Source: Azolla caroliniana (lineage: Eukaryota > Plantae > Polypodiophyta). Taken from it: 64,000 bases of DNA. The DNA lies in NCBI GenBank assembly GCA_043228905.1, contig JBHGNT010000022.1, positions 8,308,001 to 8,372,000 on the forward strand, in the 5' to 3' direction. Under the pieces are notes generated by a model, which worked only from the letters and a program-made list of their open reading frames with translations, searched no databases and was not told the origin of the DNA. A program made the position numbers and the translations under genes. How positions within the stretch are numbered: position 1 is the first letter of the stretch; every line of letters begins with the position of its first letter. Positions 62,577-64,000 of the stretch are shown here, piece by piece.

Positions 62577-62925
62577 TATCACGGATAGATCATAAGCTCA
62601 AGAGACTAGAAAGAATATAACCAAATGGATGAGTGGTATTAACTGAAAGACTCCATAACTGGTGTTGTTCACCTTGAATTCCTTCAAGGTGAAATCAACT
62701 ATTTATACTACGTGGCATGCATACTTGTTGCACGCATCTGATATAATAGAGCATGTAGGTACGCATGTGTGTGCCAATTGTAAATAATACAAGGGAGAAA
62801 CTATGCACATGATGCTAACTAAAAACTACAAGGAGCAATTATATACACGACTGTATACTAGATATGTTGGTTTACACATAACATTGGATCATAACATGGT
62901 CATATCAAGAGTTCGAATCTTGACA
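62577..62925. repeat. Solo LTR (349 bp), TSD ATTAC
   Basis: TATCAC...TTGACA flanked by ATTAC; removing it restores the host frame YVLQHVNVSSRITKW. Confidence 0.8.
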
Positions 62926-63558
62926 ATTACAACATGTAAATGTATCATCTAGAATTACAAAGTGGTCTCTTCTATTAGTCGAGTTTGATTTTGAAGTTAA
63001 GCTCGAGTCCACTATGCATGCAAAATTGGCGAATCTTCTCACTTATAGAGAGAGTCTTCATGAGCAGGATTTATCAAAGCTAAGAGATGCCCTTCCTGAA
63101 CCATATATAGAAGATGCTTTCACATTGTTCTTTGATGGTGCTTACCAAAAGGCAACAAATTTGGCGGTTGGAGGCTTTATATTAAGAAACTCTAATGGAG
63201 AGGTGGTACAAAATGAAGGGATTTCGCTTGCCAATGCCAATACCAACAATGAAACGGAATATGCAACCTTGTGTTTTGCCATGTGACTTTGTAAAGTAAG
63301 GGGGATCAAAAGATTAATCATCAAAGTGTATGGACAAGAGGCGTTATTTCCTATTGGACTACAAGTGTGAATTAATCGACTTATGCAAGCTTTGTGGCAT
63401 GATGGAGAAAGTGTTATGGAGTATCACTTTGTAAAATATTTTGCACCATTAATTTGTTCTAAATGACTAGAGATACCTATTCCTAATAGTAACTTTATTC
63501 AAACCCCAATAATCTACGACTAGAAGAAGTGAACCATCTTTTTTCTTTTTTCATACAT

Positions 63559-63562
<4 letters not shown>

Positions 63563-63609
<47 letters not shown>
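63563..63609. repeat. (CT)n microsatellite
   Basis: Directly visible. Confidence 0.97.
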
Positions 63610-63620
<11 letters not shown>

Positions 63621-63643
63621 TTCCCATAGGGTTTGTCCCTACA

Positions 63644-64000
63644 ATGGCAAATACACGTAAAACTGCCGCAAAGTTTGGAGGTATGATTGATAATGAGCCG
63701 AGATCACCAACAAATCTCGATTCTAATGTAATGGACAAAATGCTTATGAGTCACTTGATTTCTCTTCAAGAAACCATAAACAAGCAAGGTGAAGAGATTA
63801 GGACGTTAATGAAAGAGAATGCTAAGCTCCAAAGTGTTGTCATTGAGAATGAAAGTCTTAAACAAGTGGTTGCAAAACTTCAAGAAGAGATTCAAGAATG
63901 TAAAAGAGCTTCTTTTGAAACAAATGAGCGCCTTAACAAGATTGAGTTAAAGGAAGCATTAAAAGAAGAAAAATTAGACACAATAAGACGGGATGTAAGT
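63644..64000 (+). CDS. Open coiled-coil ORF running off the window, possibly LINE ORF1
   Basis: ACAATGGCA start, 119 stop-free codons (MANTRKTAAK...LQETINKQGEEIRTLMKENAKL), heptad pattern, CT-rich leader. Confidence 0.5.
   Translation, partial: MANTRKTAAKFGGMIDNEPRSPTNLDSNVMDKMLMSHLISLQETINKQGEEIRTLMKENAKLQSVVIENESLKQVVAKLQEEIQECKRASFETNERLNKIELKEALKEEKLDTIRRDVS

Larger units (their letters stand above)
36230..63400 (+). mobile_element. Nest level 0: old Tat-like Gypsy pol (PR-RT-RH-aRH), split by later insertions
   Basis: Protease ALVDSGARISLI...LVLG rejoins RPWM after 60192. RT WVSPVVVVPKK...MPFGL (60722-61200); extra RNase H TLFFDGA...TNNETEY (63110-63300). Confidence 0.88.

Noticed and set aside
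63110-63300. Cellular RNase H1 gene
   Set aside because: It is collinear with the decayed Gypsy pol and corresponds to the known extra RNase H of Tat-type elements.

Overview
Repeat-dense eukaryotic DNA, most likely from a non-seed land plant such as a fern (inferred from the retroelement lineages). It holds one intact host gene, an 8-exon minus-strand platelet-activating-factor acetylhydrolase-like lipase (9139-16452, about 444 aa). The rest is nested transposons: a Copia inside a related Copia (1-4901), a decayed LINE, a tRNA-derived SINE, a chromovirus remnant, a tRNA-Trp-primed Gypsy (22258-33739) with a Gag-only relative nested in it (23819-28305), an hAT MITE, several solo LTRs and a five-level nest (36230-63400). 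The main oddities are: (1) a Gypsy (41498-54975) with no polypurine tract, carrying a tRNA-Arg primer-binding-like site on the antisense strand in that position; (2) a helper/Gag-only pair sharing replication signals; (3) an LTR family whose 4-bp target sites are all CpG-centred; (4) tRNA-like A/B boxes inside LTRs of several families; (5) a Tf1-type self-priming signature. Coordinates, tRNA matches (from recalled sequences) and divergence counts were all done by eye.
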